DNA of 45,977 nt from an uncultured bacterium (GCA_965555375.1 CBEWDL010000002.1:1-45977), one strand, 5' to 3'. Shown: positions 9,550 through 18,946, counted from the first letter of the stretch. Program-made: numbers and translations. The notes: generated by a model from the letters alone, not told the origin.

Positions 9550-12048
9550 ATGTCCAATATTAATACAAGGCCTGCGGCTTCCGGTTCGTATCCATTCAAT
9601 GAAATCGAGGCCAGATGGCGAAAATACTGGGAAGAGAATAATCTGCATACGACTGATTTCTCAAATTCCGAAAAAAAGCTCTATTCCCTCGTGATGTTCT
9701 CATATCCGTCAGGTGAAAAGCTTCACATCGGCCACTGGTATAATTTCGGCCCCGCAGACACATGGAGCCGCAAGAAGAAGATGGAAGGATATAATATATT
9801 CGAACCGATGGGATTCGATTCTTTCGGTTTGCCCGCCGAAAACTACGCCGTCAAGACAGGGATAAACCCAATCATCTCTACCGCGGAGAATATCGATATC
9901 ATACGAAAACAGCTCAAGCAGATAGGAGCCATGTACGATTGGTCCAGAGAACTGGCAACAAGCGACCCCCGCTATTATAAGTGGACTCAATGGCTTTTCT
10001 TGAAATTCTTTGAACGTGGTATGGCAGTCCGCAAAGAAGCCCCGGTTAACTGGTGCCCATGCTGCATGACTGTGCTGGCCAATGAGCAGGTTATCGATGG
10101 CAAATGCGAGCGATGCGATGCCCGAATAACCAGGCGAAATCTGAAACAATGGTTTTTGAGGATAACAGAATACGCCGATCGCTTGCTGGCCGGACTCAAT
10201 AAACTCGACTGGCCCGAGAAAACAATCGGCATGCAGAGAAACTGGATCGGTCGCTCCGAGGGCACCGAGATCGTCTTCGCGGAAGAAAAGACGGGGGAGA
10301 AGATCCCTGCCTTCACAACCAGGGCCGATACCCTATTTGGCGTAACCTACCTGGTTCTGGCACCAGAGCATCCGCTGGTGGCGAAATTCACTACGCCCCA
10401 GCACAAAAACAACGTCGATGCTTATATCGATCAAAGCCGCAGTCTCTCCGAAATCGAGAGGCTTTCAACCACCAAAGAGAAAACCGGCGTCTTTACCGGG
10501 AGCTATTGCGTAAATCCGATTAACGATGTCCGCGTCCCCATCTGGATCGCTGATTATGTTCTGCTCTCATACGGCACTGGCGCGGTTATGGCCGTGCCAG
10601 GGCATGATCAGCGGGATTGGGAGTTTGCCAGGAAATTCGGATTAGAAATCAAACAGGTGATAAAACCTTCCGACGAATCTGAGGCCGATCTCGATTCCAG
10701 GGCCTATGTCGACCACGGAGCCATGGTTAACTCCGGCGAATTCGATAATCTAAGCTCTGAGGATGGTATTATAAAAGTGACTGAAAAACTCAAGAAAAAA
10801 GACGCAGGGGACTTTAAGGTCACTTTCAAGCTCAGGGACTGGCTTATTTCACGTCAGAGGTATTGGGGAACGCCAATTCCTATTATCCGATGTCCGAAAT
10901 GCGGCGATGTAGCGATCCCTGAAGAAGATCTGCCGGTCTTGTTGCCGGAAATCGACGATTTTAGGCCTATGGATAACGGTAAATCGCCATTGGCAAGAGT
11001 ATCCGAATTCGCAAATGCCAGATGCCCGAAATGCGGGGGAGAGGCCGAACGAGAGACAGAGACCATGGACACTTTTGTTGATTCCTCATGGTATTTTCTC
11101 CGTTATGTCGACCCCGAATACGAAGATGGCCCCTGGAACCCGAATCTGGTTGAGAAATGGCTTCCTGTGGATATGTATATTGGCGGGGCCGAGCATGCCG
11201 TAATGCATCTTATGTATGCGCGTTATTTCTGTATGTTCTTGCACGATATAGGGTTAATCGCTTTCGATGAACCCTTTCTGAAATTGCGCCACCAAGGGAC
11301 CATAACCAACAGTGGAGCCAAAATCTCCAAATCCAGGGGCAACGTCATCAATCCTGATCATTTCCTCGATCAGTATGGCTCGGATACTCTTCGAATCTAT
11401 CTAATGTTCATGGGCTCTTACGAGCACGGCGGCGACTGGGACGACTCAGGCATTAATGGCGTCGCCAGGTTCTTAGCCCGTGTTTATCGATTGATAATTC
11501 AAAACGCTGACGGAATCAAGGAACGTCTGTCTTTATCTTATTCTGATTTAACCAACAAAGATCCTACCTTAAACCATCGCTTGAACCTAACAATTAAAAG
11601 AGTCAGCGACGATATTGACGCTCTTGAGTTTAATACCGCCGTTGCCTCCATGATGGAGTTTCTAAATCATCTATATAAATTCGATGAGGACGGCCAGGCA
11701 GAATCGGATCTTTTCCATTTCGCTCTACGCCAACTCATACTGCTTCTTGCACCCATGGCGCCCCATCTGGCCGAGGAGCTATGGCAGGTAGTTGGCGGCA
11801 AATCCAGTATATTTAACCGGAGTTGGCCTGATTGGGATGAATCCGCCTTGGTATTGAAAACCGTCACCATCGTAGTCCAGATAAACGGTAAACTGCGCGC
11901 CAGCTTCACCGTCCCAACCGGCATAAGTGAAGATGATTTCTATAAATTAGCAGTTAAGGACGAAAAGGTGTCCCGACATCTCGACGGGAAACGGGTATTA
12001 AAAAGGATCTTCATAAAAGGAAAATTGCTAAACATAGTGGCCAAGTAG
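9550..12048 (+). CDS. leuS: leucine--tRNA ligase
   Basis: An 832-aa ORF with a HIGH-type motif (HIGHWYN), a KMSKS-type motif (KISKSRGN) and a CxxC zinc cluster. Confidence 0.97.
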   Translation: MSNINTRPAASGSYPFNEIEARWRKYWEENNLHTTDFSNSEKKLYSLVMFSYPSGEKLHIGHWYNFGPADTWSRKKKMEGYNIFEPMGFDSFGLPAENYAVKTGINPIISTAENIDIIRKQLKQIGAMYDWSRELATSDPRYYKWTQWLFLKFFERGMAVRKEAPVNWCPCCMTVLANEQVIDGKCERCDARITRRNLKQWFLRITEYADRLLAGLNKLDWPEKTIGMQRNWIGRSEGTEIVFAEEKTGEKIPAFTTRADTLFGVTYLVLAPEHPLVAKFTTPQHKNNVDAYIDQSRSLSEIERLSTTKEKTGVFTGSYCVNPINDVRVPIWIADYVLLSYGTGAVMAVPGHDQRDWEFARKFGLEIKQVIKPSDESEADLDSRAYVDHGAMVNSGEFDNLSSEDGIIKVTEKLKKKDAGDFKVTFKLRDWLISRQRYWGTPIPIIRCPKCGDVAIPEEDLPVLLPEIDDFRPMDNGKSPLARVSEFANARCPKCGGEAERETETMDTFVDSSWYFLRYVDPEYEDGPWNPNLVEKWLPVDMYIGGAEHAVMHLMYARYFCMFLHDIGLIAFDEPFLKLRHQGTITNSGAKISKSRGNVINPDHFLDQYGSDTLRIYLMFMGSYEHGGDWDDSGINGVARFLARVYRLIIQNADGIKERLSLSYSDLTNKDPTLNHRLNLTIKRVSDDIDALEFNTAVASMMEFLNHLYKFDEDGQAESDLFHFALRQLILLLAPMAPHLAEELWQVVGGKSSIFNRSWPDWDESALVLKTVTIVVQINGKLRASFTVPTGISEDDFYKLAVKDEKVSRHLDGKRVLKRIFIKGKLLNIVAK

Positions 12049-12159
12049 GGTAGCCGATCAAGGGAAAGAGTAATCTGGCGGGATGCACAGTTTACATAAT
12101 ACATCTTATAGGATTCTGATGCGGCATATATCTTCATCCTAATATCAGCAAATTACTTA

Positions 12160-14310
12160 CTAAATTATCCAGGGAATCTTATCGGAGCCCGCTTTCGGCA
12201 ATTCAATCCGCAGGGCCTCCGATGGAGGCCAGACCTCCAATAATCTACCCTCCTCCTTGACCTCAAGCCTGAAAGAGATTATTTCCTCCGGTCTTAACCT
12301 GAATTCTATGAGCTCAAGAGAAATTTCTAACAGGTCCTTCAGCTTATAACTAAAGCCATGTATCTCCCTGTCACCGAGATTCATCCTGGCCTGCGAGCCG
12401 GATATGACGAGGCTGCCTTCTCTCGGCTTCAAAAATTCTATTTCAAAGGTAAGCCGACTGAATCTTTCACTATCTACACCGGCAGCCCTGTCAACACGTA
12501 TGTACAGTTTCCCCTGATCGAAGCCGAACCAGATGCCGGATACTACGACCTCGGATCTATGCATGGTTGAGCCGGCCTTTAAGCAGTCGAAAAATCCAGC
12601 TTGTTGCCATTCAAAGTAATGAGTCAACATGCCATCGATGGTGGGAGTTATATATTCAATCGGGACCGCCAGGTATTCAGGTTCGAATCTGGAACGCACA
12701 GGTTCGAAAAGTTCCGGTGGCGGTTCGCGGTCAGTGAGTTTGTAAACATTGGTTAGATGGGAGCGAAACAGGCGATCGAAATCATCGTTATTCGGCCCGA
12801 CGTGATCATCGCCAAACCACCAGCACCAATCGGAACCCTCCGCTATATAAATTTCCCTCCAGGCTCTCTCGAGCTTTTCCTTGTCGAAATCCGGGTTCGA
12901 TTTCTGAAATTCCAGAAGCTCGCCTCTCGCCTTTGAGAGCAGATCCCAGGCTTTATTGTCTTCCCGGTGCCCAATCCAGATACCGAAATTGTGATTGATC
13001 CAGCTGCCTGGATGGAGTCTTTTAAGCTGCGCTGACTCCGGTTTATCGGATAGATACTCGCTGAAGGTCGTCGTCTCTAACCAGTCCGCCGCAGAAATTT
13101 TCGAGTATAATGAGTTTAAAAAATCGTGACCATCGTTAGGATAATATTCCCAGGCGTTTTCGCCGTCGAGGATGACCGATACGATTGGATCTTTAATATT
13201 TTTAGAAATCAGGTTTCTATGAATTGCCTCTAACCTGGTCAAAAAATCATCGGCGGCTCTTTCCGCATCCCACTGTGAATAAACGAACCCGATATTGTCA
13301 GACAGCGCATGATCGCGAAAGAAGATTGATAGCGACGCCCCTTCCTTGCTGAAACAATAACTCCTGTACAGGTCTCCGGACGTTACCAGTCTATCAACTC
13401 CGCCAGTATCAGTCAAGCTGCGGGCTAGAATTTCCTCGTCTGTGGCGATCCACTGGATACCCTCTTTCGAGATCAGGGGGATAATATCCTCGGAGACCGA
13501 GCCCTCTGACGGCCACATACCTGTCGGCCGTTTACCGAAAAGCTCGATGTAAAGGTCGATAGCCATGGTCACCTGTTTCCGCACGTCCTCCGGATGCTGA
13601 AATCTTTTTTGCGGCAACTCCACATCCGGCATGGCAACTTTCGCGATCGATGAATCATATAATAGGGGCATTATGGGATGGAAATAAGGGCTGGTGGAAA
13701 CATCGATCTGCCCCGTTGTCATCATCTCCTTCAACTCCGGGATTATCCTCCCGATTATCTTTCGCTGCTCGGACAGAATTTCCTGCTTCTCCTCTTCGGT
13801 ATACCTCTCCCCTTTTTCGGATAGCTCCAAAAGCCTGCCGCTTTTCTTGAATATCGGATCGATCCATGCCAGGTTGGATAAACATTGCAGATCGCGCCAA
13901 TCGGTCTCCTTCCAACTGTCTAAAGCCCTCCTCCGATCGTTGAATAGCTGTCTATATCTGCGGTTCGGTTGGATCATGTGATCGTAATTAGCCTGAAAAT
14001 GCAGCTCCAGGATTTTTGGTTTATCTTCATCTGTCAGGTCCGACGCCTTTTTTAAACTTAATTCGAGATGCGGATCGGTAGCCACCCCCCTGGCATAGTC
14101 GTCCAATTGCTCCAGCAGCGATGGGACCATATTGAATGTCTGCTTTATGCGCGGAAAGCGACGCAGGATCTCCACCATGTCGAGGTAATCCTTGACGCCG
14201 TGAAGCCTGACCCAGGGCAAATGATAATAGCCCGTCGTGAGATCTTTATAAAAGGGCTGATGCTGATGCCAGAGAAACGCTAATTTCAACACAGGTTTAT
14301 ATGCCTGCAT
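12160..14310 (-). CDS. glycoside hydrolase family 57 protein (alpha-amylase / 4-alpha-glucanotransferase-like)
   Basis: The N-terminal WHQHQPFYKD...LPWVRLHGVKDYLDM pattern is typical of GH57. 716 aa with a long C-terminal extension. Confidence 0.88.
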   Translation of the reverse strand: MQAYKPVLKLAFLWHQHQPFYKDLTTGYYHLPWVRLHGVKDYLDMVEILRRFPRIKQTFNMVPSLLEQLDDYARGVATDPHLELSLKKASDLTDEDKPKILELHFQANYDHMIQPNRRYRQLFNDRRRALDSWKETDWRDLQCLSNLAWIDPIFKKSGRLLELSEKGERYTEEEKQEILSEQRKIIGRIIPELKEMMTTGQIDVSTSPYFHPIMPLLYDSSIAKVAMPDVELPQKRFQHPEDVRKQVTMAIDLYIELFGKRPTGMWPSEGSVSEDIIPLISKEGIQWIATDEEILARSLTDTGGVDRLVTSGDLYRSYCFSKEGASLSIFFRDHALSDNIGFVYSQWDAERAADDFLTRLEAIHRNLISKNIKDPIVSVILDGENAWEYYPNDGHDFLNSLYSKISAADWLETTTFSEYLSDKPESAQLKRLHPGSWINHNFGIWIGHREDNKAWDLLSKARGELLEFQKSNPDFDKEKLERAWREIYIAEGSDWCWWFGDDHVGPNNDDFDRLFRSHLTNVYKLTDREPPPELFEPVRSRFEPEYLAVPIEYITPTIDGMLTHYFEWQQAGFFDCLKAGSTMHRSEVVVSGIWFGFDQGKLYIRVDRAAGVDSERFSRLTFEIEFLKPREGSLVISGSQARMNLGDREIHGFSYKLKDLLEISLELIEFRLRPEEIISFRLEVKEEGRLLEVWPPSEALRIELPKAGSDKIPWII

Positions 14311-14328
14311 CTACCGATTGGAATGGTT

Positions 14329-15000
14329 CTAATAATTGATCTCCGCCAGCGATCGACGCGCTTCTTTGGCCTGCATAGAATTCCCATAAGAACTATCGAT
14401 TTCGCTATAGGCTATTCTTGCCGATGCCGTATCTCCCGCCGCCACGAAACTTACGCCGGCTCTAAGCAGGTTATCGGGCGCCCATAATTCATCCGGGAAT
14501 ATCCTGGCTGCCTCCTGATAAAGCCTCCCGGCCTCAAGCCTGTCGCCATCGATCTCTTTGCAGGCAGCGGCCCCGGCGATCGCGTTCGATAACATCATCC
14601 TATCTTTATCATATCCCGCGATGATCTTGTTATAATAGTCGAGCGCCTCGGTGTAATTCTTCTCCTGAAAATAATAGTTGGCCAATAAAAGGGTCCCCCG
14701 CGCGGCGGGCCTCGTTCCGGAGTAGTTCTCGGCCAGGGCTCTTAAATCGCCGATTCCAGCATCCACCTGGCCCGTATCGAATGCCAGGTGCGCCCTGGCA
14801 AGAAGAGTGGTGGCCTCGTTTTTCTTTCGATCAGCACTCCACATCATAAGCACTATGGCGATAAAAACGACCGCCACCCCCACTCCTCCTATGACAAACG
14901 GCGTCCGATTCTTCTGAATATACTCGCTGGCCTTGAAGGCTGTCGTAACAAGTTTATCTTCTTTGATCTGCTTTTTTGTAATCCTTCTTGCCGGACTCAT
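14329..15000 (-). CDS. membrane-anchored tetratricopeptide repeat protein
   Basis: One N-terminal TM segment (FVIGGVGVAVVFIAIVLMMW) followed by TPR-like A/Y/L repeats. Confidence 0.75.
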   Translation of the reverse strand: MSPARRITKKQIKEDKLVTTAFKASEYIQKNRTPFVIGGVGVAVVFIAIVLMMWSADRKKNEATTLLARAHLAFDTGQVDAGIGDLRALAENYSGTRPAARGTLLLANYYFQEKNYTEALDYYNKIIAGYDKDRMMLSNAIAGAAACKEIDGDRLEAGRLYQEAARIFPDELWAPDNLLRAGVSFVAAGDTASARIAYSEIDSSYGNSMQAKEARRSLAEINY

Positions 15001-15110
15001 CCCAACTACTCCTTAACCTCGAATTCTGTTCCAAATCTGGCTGTGCAATCTACAATTATATCGTCGTTTCGGCAAGCGATATTTAGTCATATATTATCGG
15101 CATTAACTCT

Positions 15111-15154
15111 ATAAGAAAAGCGAGCCCGGGAATCGATCCAATATCCGGACTCGC
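15111..15154 (-). terminator. intrinsic terminator downstream of the outer-membrane protein gene
   Basis: On the - strand the stem GCGAGTCCGG/CCGGGCTCGC pairs at 9 of 10 positions and is followed by TTTTCTTAT. It lies 23 nt after the stop codon. Confidence 0.55.
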
Positions 15155-15176
15155 CTGAGAGTTCAAATCGGAATAA

Positions 15177-16520
15177 TTAGAAGTACATGCCCGCCGAAAT
15201 GAACAGCCGGCTGTAATCCCGCTTGATCTCGAAACCCATTTCCGTTCCTAAATCGACGGTGCTGTTGTATGAACTGCTTCCAAACTGGTACGCCAGGTCG
15301 AACCAAATCCTTTCAAAATAGAGGCCTGTGCCGAAAGCGAAGATATTAGTGGAAACCTGATCCCCAATATCTACACTGTCAACAGTAACGCTTCTTACTT
15401 CTTTAGCGACAGATGGCTCGTTTCTGAATCCGGCTCTCACAGGGATATCCGCAAAATCGGCATCCAGAATATACTCGGCGCCGACTCTGAACTGGTTGAC
15501 ATCCTCCCATCCAAGATTAAAGGTGCTGTCGGGAATAATAATTTGCTCCCAATCGGTATGAACGTCGACTTTTGACAGCGGACGGCTGTCGAAATCAAAA
15601 GCCAGGGTCAAGTTCTCCTCGGGAACGATAGCTATCCCGATGGAATAGCTAAGAGGCATGTTATATGTATATTCCACGCGGTCAACGATACCGATAGGCT
15701 CAGGAGGGATTATGAAGTTCAATGTCCGTTTGCCGTCCTGTTTCAGGTCATAGGGAGTATGGATAACAACACCACCCTTTATCATGCCGAAATCGGCGGA
15801 AATCCCCAGATCGAGATTGAACCCCGAGAAGTGAGAGTTTGAGTTGTACCACGTGTCTATTATGCTCGTATCCTGCCCTGTAGAGATGAATAGTTCCGAG
15901 GCGCCCCGGTAATAATTGTACTCGCTGTTTCGGATATAGGCGTTTACCGTTAGCCCGACACCAATCCCTTCCATCACCTTATTAGCCATCGCAACGCTTA
16001 CAGCGTCGATCCCGCGATCCTGCATTACTGAGTTTTCAGAACCGGCGAAACCAGGAGTACTGTATTCGATAATCATATCATAGACATTCCTGTAACCACC
16101 GCCAATAGCCCATTCTCTTTCCATAAAGTCAAAAGGTGCAGCGAATCCTCCGAAATTCAAGCTGAAATGCTCTCGTTTAAGTTCAACGGGCTGGATGTTT
16201 GGCTCCGCGTATAACCAAGAAACATCAACGGCTACCGAATTGAACTTATCTGCGATGGATACAAGCTGGACACCAATTTTGGTCTTATCAGTGTAAATCA
16301 TGGCCGCGGGATTCCAGGAATAAGCCATAGCGCCCTCGCCAATTGCCAAATAGGCGCCCCCCATCCCGGCTGCCCTCGCTCCTCCTCCGATGCTGTTAAA
16401 CTCAATAAAAGTGGGATCAATCCCCACGTATTCATAATAATTTAGTTGAGCGTTCGCCGGCATGGGAAATAAGACGAGCACTAAGAACAAAAATAGTCCC
16501 CTATAATGCTTTCTCATCAT
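15177..16520 (-). CDS. outer-membrane beta-barrel protein (FadL/PorV-like)
   Basis: Signal peptide ending in ANAQ, a GARAAGMGGAYLAIGEG...WNPAAM motif, alternating beta-strand pattern and a C-terminal aromatic residue (MYF). Confidence 0.75.
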   Translation of the reverse strand: MMRKHYRGLFLFLVLVLFPMPANAQLNYYEYVGIDPTFIEFNSIGGGARAAGMGGAYLAIGEGAMAYSWNPAAMIYTDKTKIGVQLVSIADKFNSVAVDVSWLYAEPNIQPVELKREHFSLNFGGFAAPFDFMEREWAIGGGYRNVYDMIIEYSTPGFAGSENSVMQDRGIDAVSVAMANKVMEGIGVGLTVNAYIRNSEYNYYRGASELFISTGQDTSIIDTWYNSNSHFSGFNLDLGISADFGMIKGGVVIHTPYDLKQDGKRTLNFIIPPEPIGIVDRVEYTYNMPLSYSIGIAIVPEENLTLAFDFDSRPLSKVDVHTDWEQIIIPDSTFNLGWEDVNQFRVGAEYILDADFADIPVRAGFRNEPSVAKEVRSVTVDSVDIGDQVSTNIFAFGTGLYFERIWFDLAYQFGSSSYNSTVDLGTEMGFEIKRDYSRLFISAGMYF

Positions 16521-16742
16521 TCCTCCAGGGTTCGGAAAACAAGTCCGTAATTTCCTTCATCGGGTTTCCAGGGCTGCTAAACCGTCAAGCCTGCCTGATA
16601 TACATTTCAAGCCGACTGTTTATTCCCCAAAACGGAACAAATTTAATGTCTTGAGCAATCGTTTGCAAGCTTTTTTTTCGCAACATGCTGGATATAAATT
16701 GATCGTGGAGGACGGGGAAACCGGCCATGCACCATAAATAAA

Positions 16743-16790
16743 TACCCCCGGCCCGACTCGAACGGGCAACCTTCGGTTTAGGAAACCGAA
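16743..16790 (-). other. orphan 3' half of a tRNA-Arg(CCU) gene (att-site remnant)
   Basis: The - strand reads TCGGT-TTCCTAA-ACCGA (anticodon arm, CCT), then AGGTT, then GCCCG-TTCGAGT-CGGGC (T arm), then CGGGGGT-A. No matching 5' acceptor strand (ACCCCCG) or D arm follows on the 5' side. Confidence 0.7.
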
Positions 16791-16805
16791 ATACTTGACC
16801 AAAAC

Positions 16806-17108
16806 TTAAATCTGCCGCTTTTCCCTCAAAATAGACGCGTATTCTTCAGCGTCCATTGGGCATTCCAGTAAAAATTGCACATCCTCAAGTTTATCCAGAT
16901 ACAGCCGAATTTTCATTCGTTTCCAAAGAGCTTGAGGATAGGTCTTGTAGTGTGAGCCTCGAGATATTCGGGCCTGAATGTGCGTATGCCATCTATTGTC
17001 ATAGAAATAGCAGTATTTATCGTGCCCGCTTTTCTTTGATTGTTTCCTATATTTAAACCCTTTGCTCTTAAGTGACGCTATAATAGTTGTTCTTTCTATA
17101 TCACTCAT
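16806..17108 (-). CDS. hypothetical protein, weak HicA-like resemblance
   Basis: The third gene of the coupled cassette. The ATG at 17108 overlaps the upstream stop (ATGAGTGA). The ORF track offers a TTG start at 17126. The string SLKSKGFKYRKQ..SGHDKY...RGSH loosely recalls the HicA/YcfA fold. Confidence 0.6.
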   Translation of the reverse strand: MSDIERTTIIASLKSKGFKYRKQSKKSGHDKYCYFYDNRWHTHIQARISRGSHYKTYPQALWKRMKIRLYLDKLEDVQFLLECPMDAEEYASILREKRQI

Positions 17109-17616
17109 TCGATTTGAGTGTAGCAAACGCCATTAAAGTCTTCTTGAACTCTAATGTGCTATTGCCTAACTCTTCTGGAGGACTCTCCACGATGTCTTTG
17201 TAAAAGTCTATGAAAGAAGCATTAAACTCAAGCAGGGCTTTTTCTTCATTCTTCCCAAAACCATAGATGCCGAACCGCTCATTGAAAGCAATAGCATAAC
17301 CTTCTTCAAAGGATATATCGACCCGCAGAGTTACGCCTTTATCAAATAGAAGCTCCATATTGTCATATGTGATTTTGCTAAGATGGCGTGTCATAGAAGC
17401 ATCAACTTCGGACGTTGTATGAACTTCTCCACCGCTCCACGTACAAACGAAATGAAATGAGTGAATAACCATGGGTATTGCGGGAGCAGTCGTTGAAACT
17501 AATTCACGAGGCCAGCGCTTGGTTTTAGGGACGAATTTACCCTCCCCCCTGTCTACGTGGATGCTTGAGCCATAATCATTTTCTAGGATTCGAGTAATCT
17601 CTGATTCCATATCCAT
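17101..17616 (-). CDS. hypothetical protein with a HicB-like C-terminal segment
   Basis: EGYAIAFNERFGIYGFGKNEEKALLEFNASFIDFY fits the HicB/UPF0150 pattern (G-Y-x-A...G-x-G-x-x-x-E-x-A-L...Y). The N-terminal ~100 aa are unassigned. Its start shares a TAATG with the upstream gene. Confidence 0.6.
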   Translation of the reverse strand: MDMESEITRILENDYGSSIHVDRGEGKFVPKTKRWPRELVSTTAPAIPMVIHSFHFVCTWSGGEVHTTSEVDASMTRHLSKITYDNMELLFDKGVTLRVDISFEEGYAIAFNERFGIYGFGKNEEKALLEFNASFIDFYKDIVESPPEELGNSTLEFKKTLMAFATLKSNE

Positions 17617-17921
17617 TAGGTCTGTTTGCCTTCCTTTATTTCAAGGAGTCCTTTATCCACTAGGTCCGCAATTTGCTTTTCGATTACATTTTTCAAGGCA
17701 TCTGCAACATCAAATGGCAAGAGAATCTCTCTAAACAACCCAAACTTCTTTTTATCGGGATACCACTTTCCAAATGATAGCTTGATGCCTCGAGGGAAAG
17801 CATCCAATTTTACAAAATCGGAATAATCATAGTTCCCTACGCCTTCATCAACATAGAAGTATTTCTGCTGATCGGCTTTCTTCTGCGAACTTTTAGTCTT
17901 TTGGCCTTTTTCCCCACTCAT
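17616..17921 (-). CDS. hypothetical 101-aa protein (possibly DUF3467-like)
   Basis: The first gene of the cassette. A Lys-rich N-terminus is followed by YSDFVKLDAFPRGIKLSFGK...ILLPFDVADALKNVIEKQI, which weakly recalls DUF3467. Confidence 0.55.
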   Translation of the reverse strand: MSGEKGQKTKSSQKKADQQKYFYVDEGVGNYDYSDFVKLDAFPRGIKLSFGKWYPDKKKFGLFREILLPFDVADALKNVIEKQIADLVDKGLLEIKEGKQT

Positions 17922-18024
17922 AATCTAACTTATCGGTGAAAATTCACGGCCTTTTTAGTTTTATAGTCGAAAAGCTTAAACGGGCGGGGTGCTGTCCCCC
18001 GACTCAATTTTATCCACCAATTGC

Positions 18025-18052
18025 ATAATATACTGTTAAACCCCTATGTCAA
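18025..18052 (-). promoter_or_regulatory. sigma70-type promoter for the 3-gene cassette
   Basis: The - strand reads TTGACA, a 16-nt spacer, then TATTAT. This lies about 100 nt upstream of the ATG at 17921 and just downstream of the excisionase-like gene stop. Confidence 0.6.
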
Positions 18053-18067
18053 GGAAAATGTTTCATG

Positions 18068-18319
18068 TCAACCCCACAACCTCACCGGCTTCTTCCTCTG
18101 GATAAACTCATCTATGTCCCAGGGATGTAGGAGAAAGCGCCTCCCTATCGGCTGATAATACCGCAGGAATCCCCGCTTCATAGCCTGCCGGAGCGTCCTT
18201 TCGGACAGCCGGGAATATTCAGCCGCTTCCCTGACGGTCATGTATTTTCGGACGGACGGCCTCGGTTCCATGGCCACCTCTCCCCCATCATCCGCAGTCC
18301 TTCGGCTGGATCCCGGCAT
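18068..18319 (-). CDS. excisionase-family / MerR-like helix-turn-helix DNA-binding protein
   Basis: MTVREAAEYSRLSERTLRQAMKRG...LLHPWDIDEF matches the excisionase-type HTH pattern. The real start may be Met27 (18241). Confidence 0.7.
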   Translation of the reverse strand: MPGSSRRTADDGGEVAMEPRPSVRKYMTVREAAEYSRLSERTLRQAMKRGFLRYYQPIGRRFLLHPWDIDEFIQRKKPVRLWG

Positions 18320-18349
18320 CAGGCAGCCCCTCCCGCCATAAAATGGGGT

Positions 18350-18835
18350 CTACAGCTGCCAGAATTGCCGATCCCTGCCTCGGCCATAGTTCTGGGTCGA
18401 ATCTTCGGAGATCGCCCCGTTTCTGGCCGTTTTGGTCGCATTTATAGCCGTAGAATTGGGCTTAAAAAGATGGCCTCTGCCGATTTCGGCCAGCCGATCA
18501 CGCTCCTTTTCTGAAATCCGCCTTTTCCGCCTCGGTTTCGCATATTCCGCCACCAACTCAATCTGATCCGGTCGGAACAGGAATATCGCTTCCCCGTCAT
18601 CCGACAAGTTCCGAACCTCAATCTCAGGATGGTCTCGATGCAACCTGGTCCGGATTCCCCGGGCCGTACAGTGGAAGGCCAGCAGGCGAGCCGAAAACGG
18701 ATATATGCTGCCATATCTGCAAAGAAGCATAAAATACCAAAGATCCTTCTTCGCCCCCGACTCATGCCTGGCTGATTCATCAAGGGCAACGCGGTACCGA
18801 TCGCCGAATAGGTCTTTCAAATCAACGGGCAACAT
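18350..18835 (-). CDS. hypothetical protein (161 aa)
   Basis: A long ORF co-directional with its neighbours. I recognise no motif. It ends in TAG, in frame with the next ORF. Confidence 0.6.
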   Translation of the reverse strand: MLPVDLKDLFGDRYRVALDESARHESGAKKDLWYFMLLCRYGSIYPFSARLLAFHCTARGIRTRLHRDHPEIEVRNLSDDGEAIFLFRPDQIELVAEYAKPRRKRRISEKERDRLAEIGRGHLFKPNSTAINATKTARNGAISEDSTQNYGRGRDRQFWQL

Positions 18836-18891
18836 CCGTCCTGTTCCTACATCCCCCTCATTTTTCTGTTCTGGTTGATTATCTTGTTCAT

Positions 18892-18913
18892 CTTCATAGC
18901 CTAAGATTTCCTA
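18892..18913 (-). repeat. 22-bp repeat, copy A (TAGGAAATCTTAGGCTATGAAG on the - strand)
   Basis: It is identical over 22 nt to 24738-24759. It lies 56 nt upstream of the 161-aa gene start. Confidence 0.85.
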
Positions 18914-18946
18914 CTTTTTCTGACTGCTGGTTTTGACCTATTTCTC

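Noticed and set aside
16620-16802. 60-aa - strand ORF
   Set aside because: It overlaps the tRNA-Arg fragment and non-coding DNA. It has no RBS or motif.
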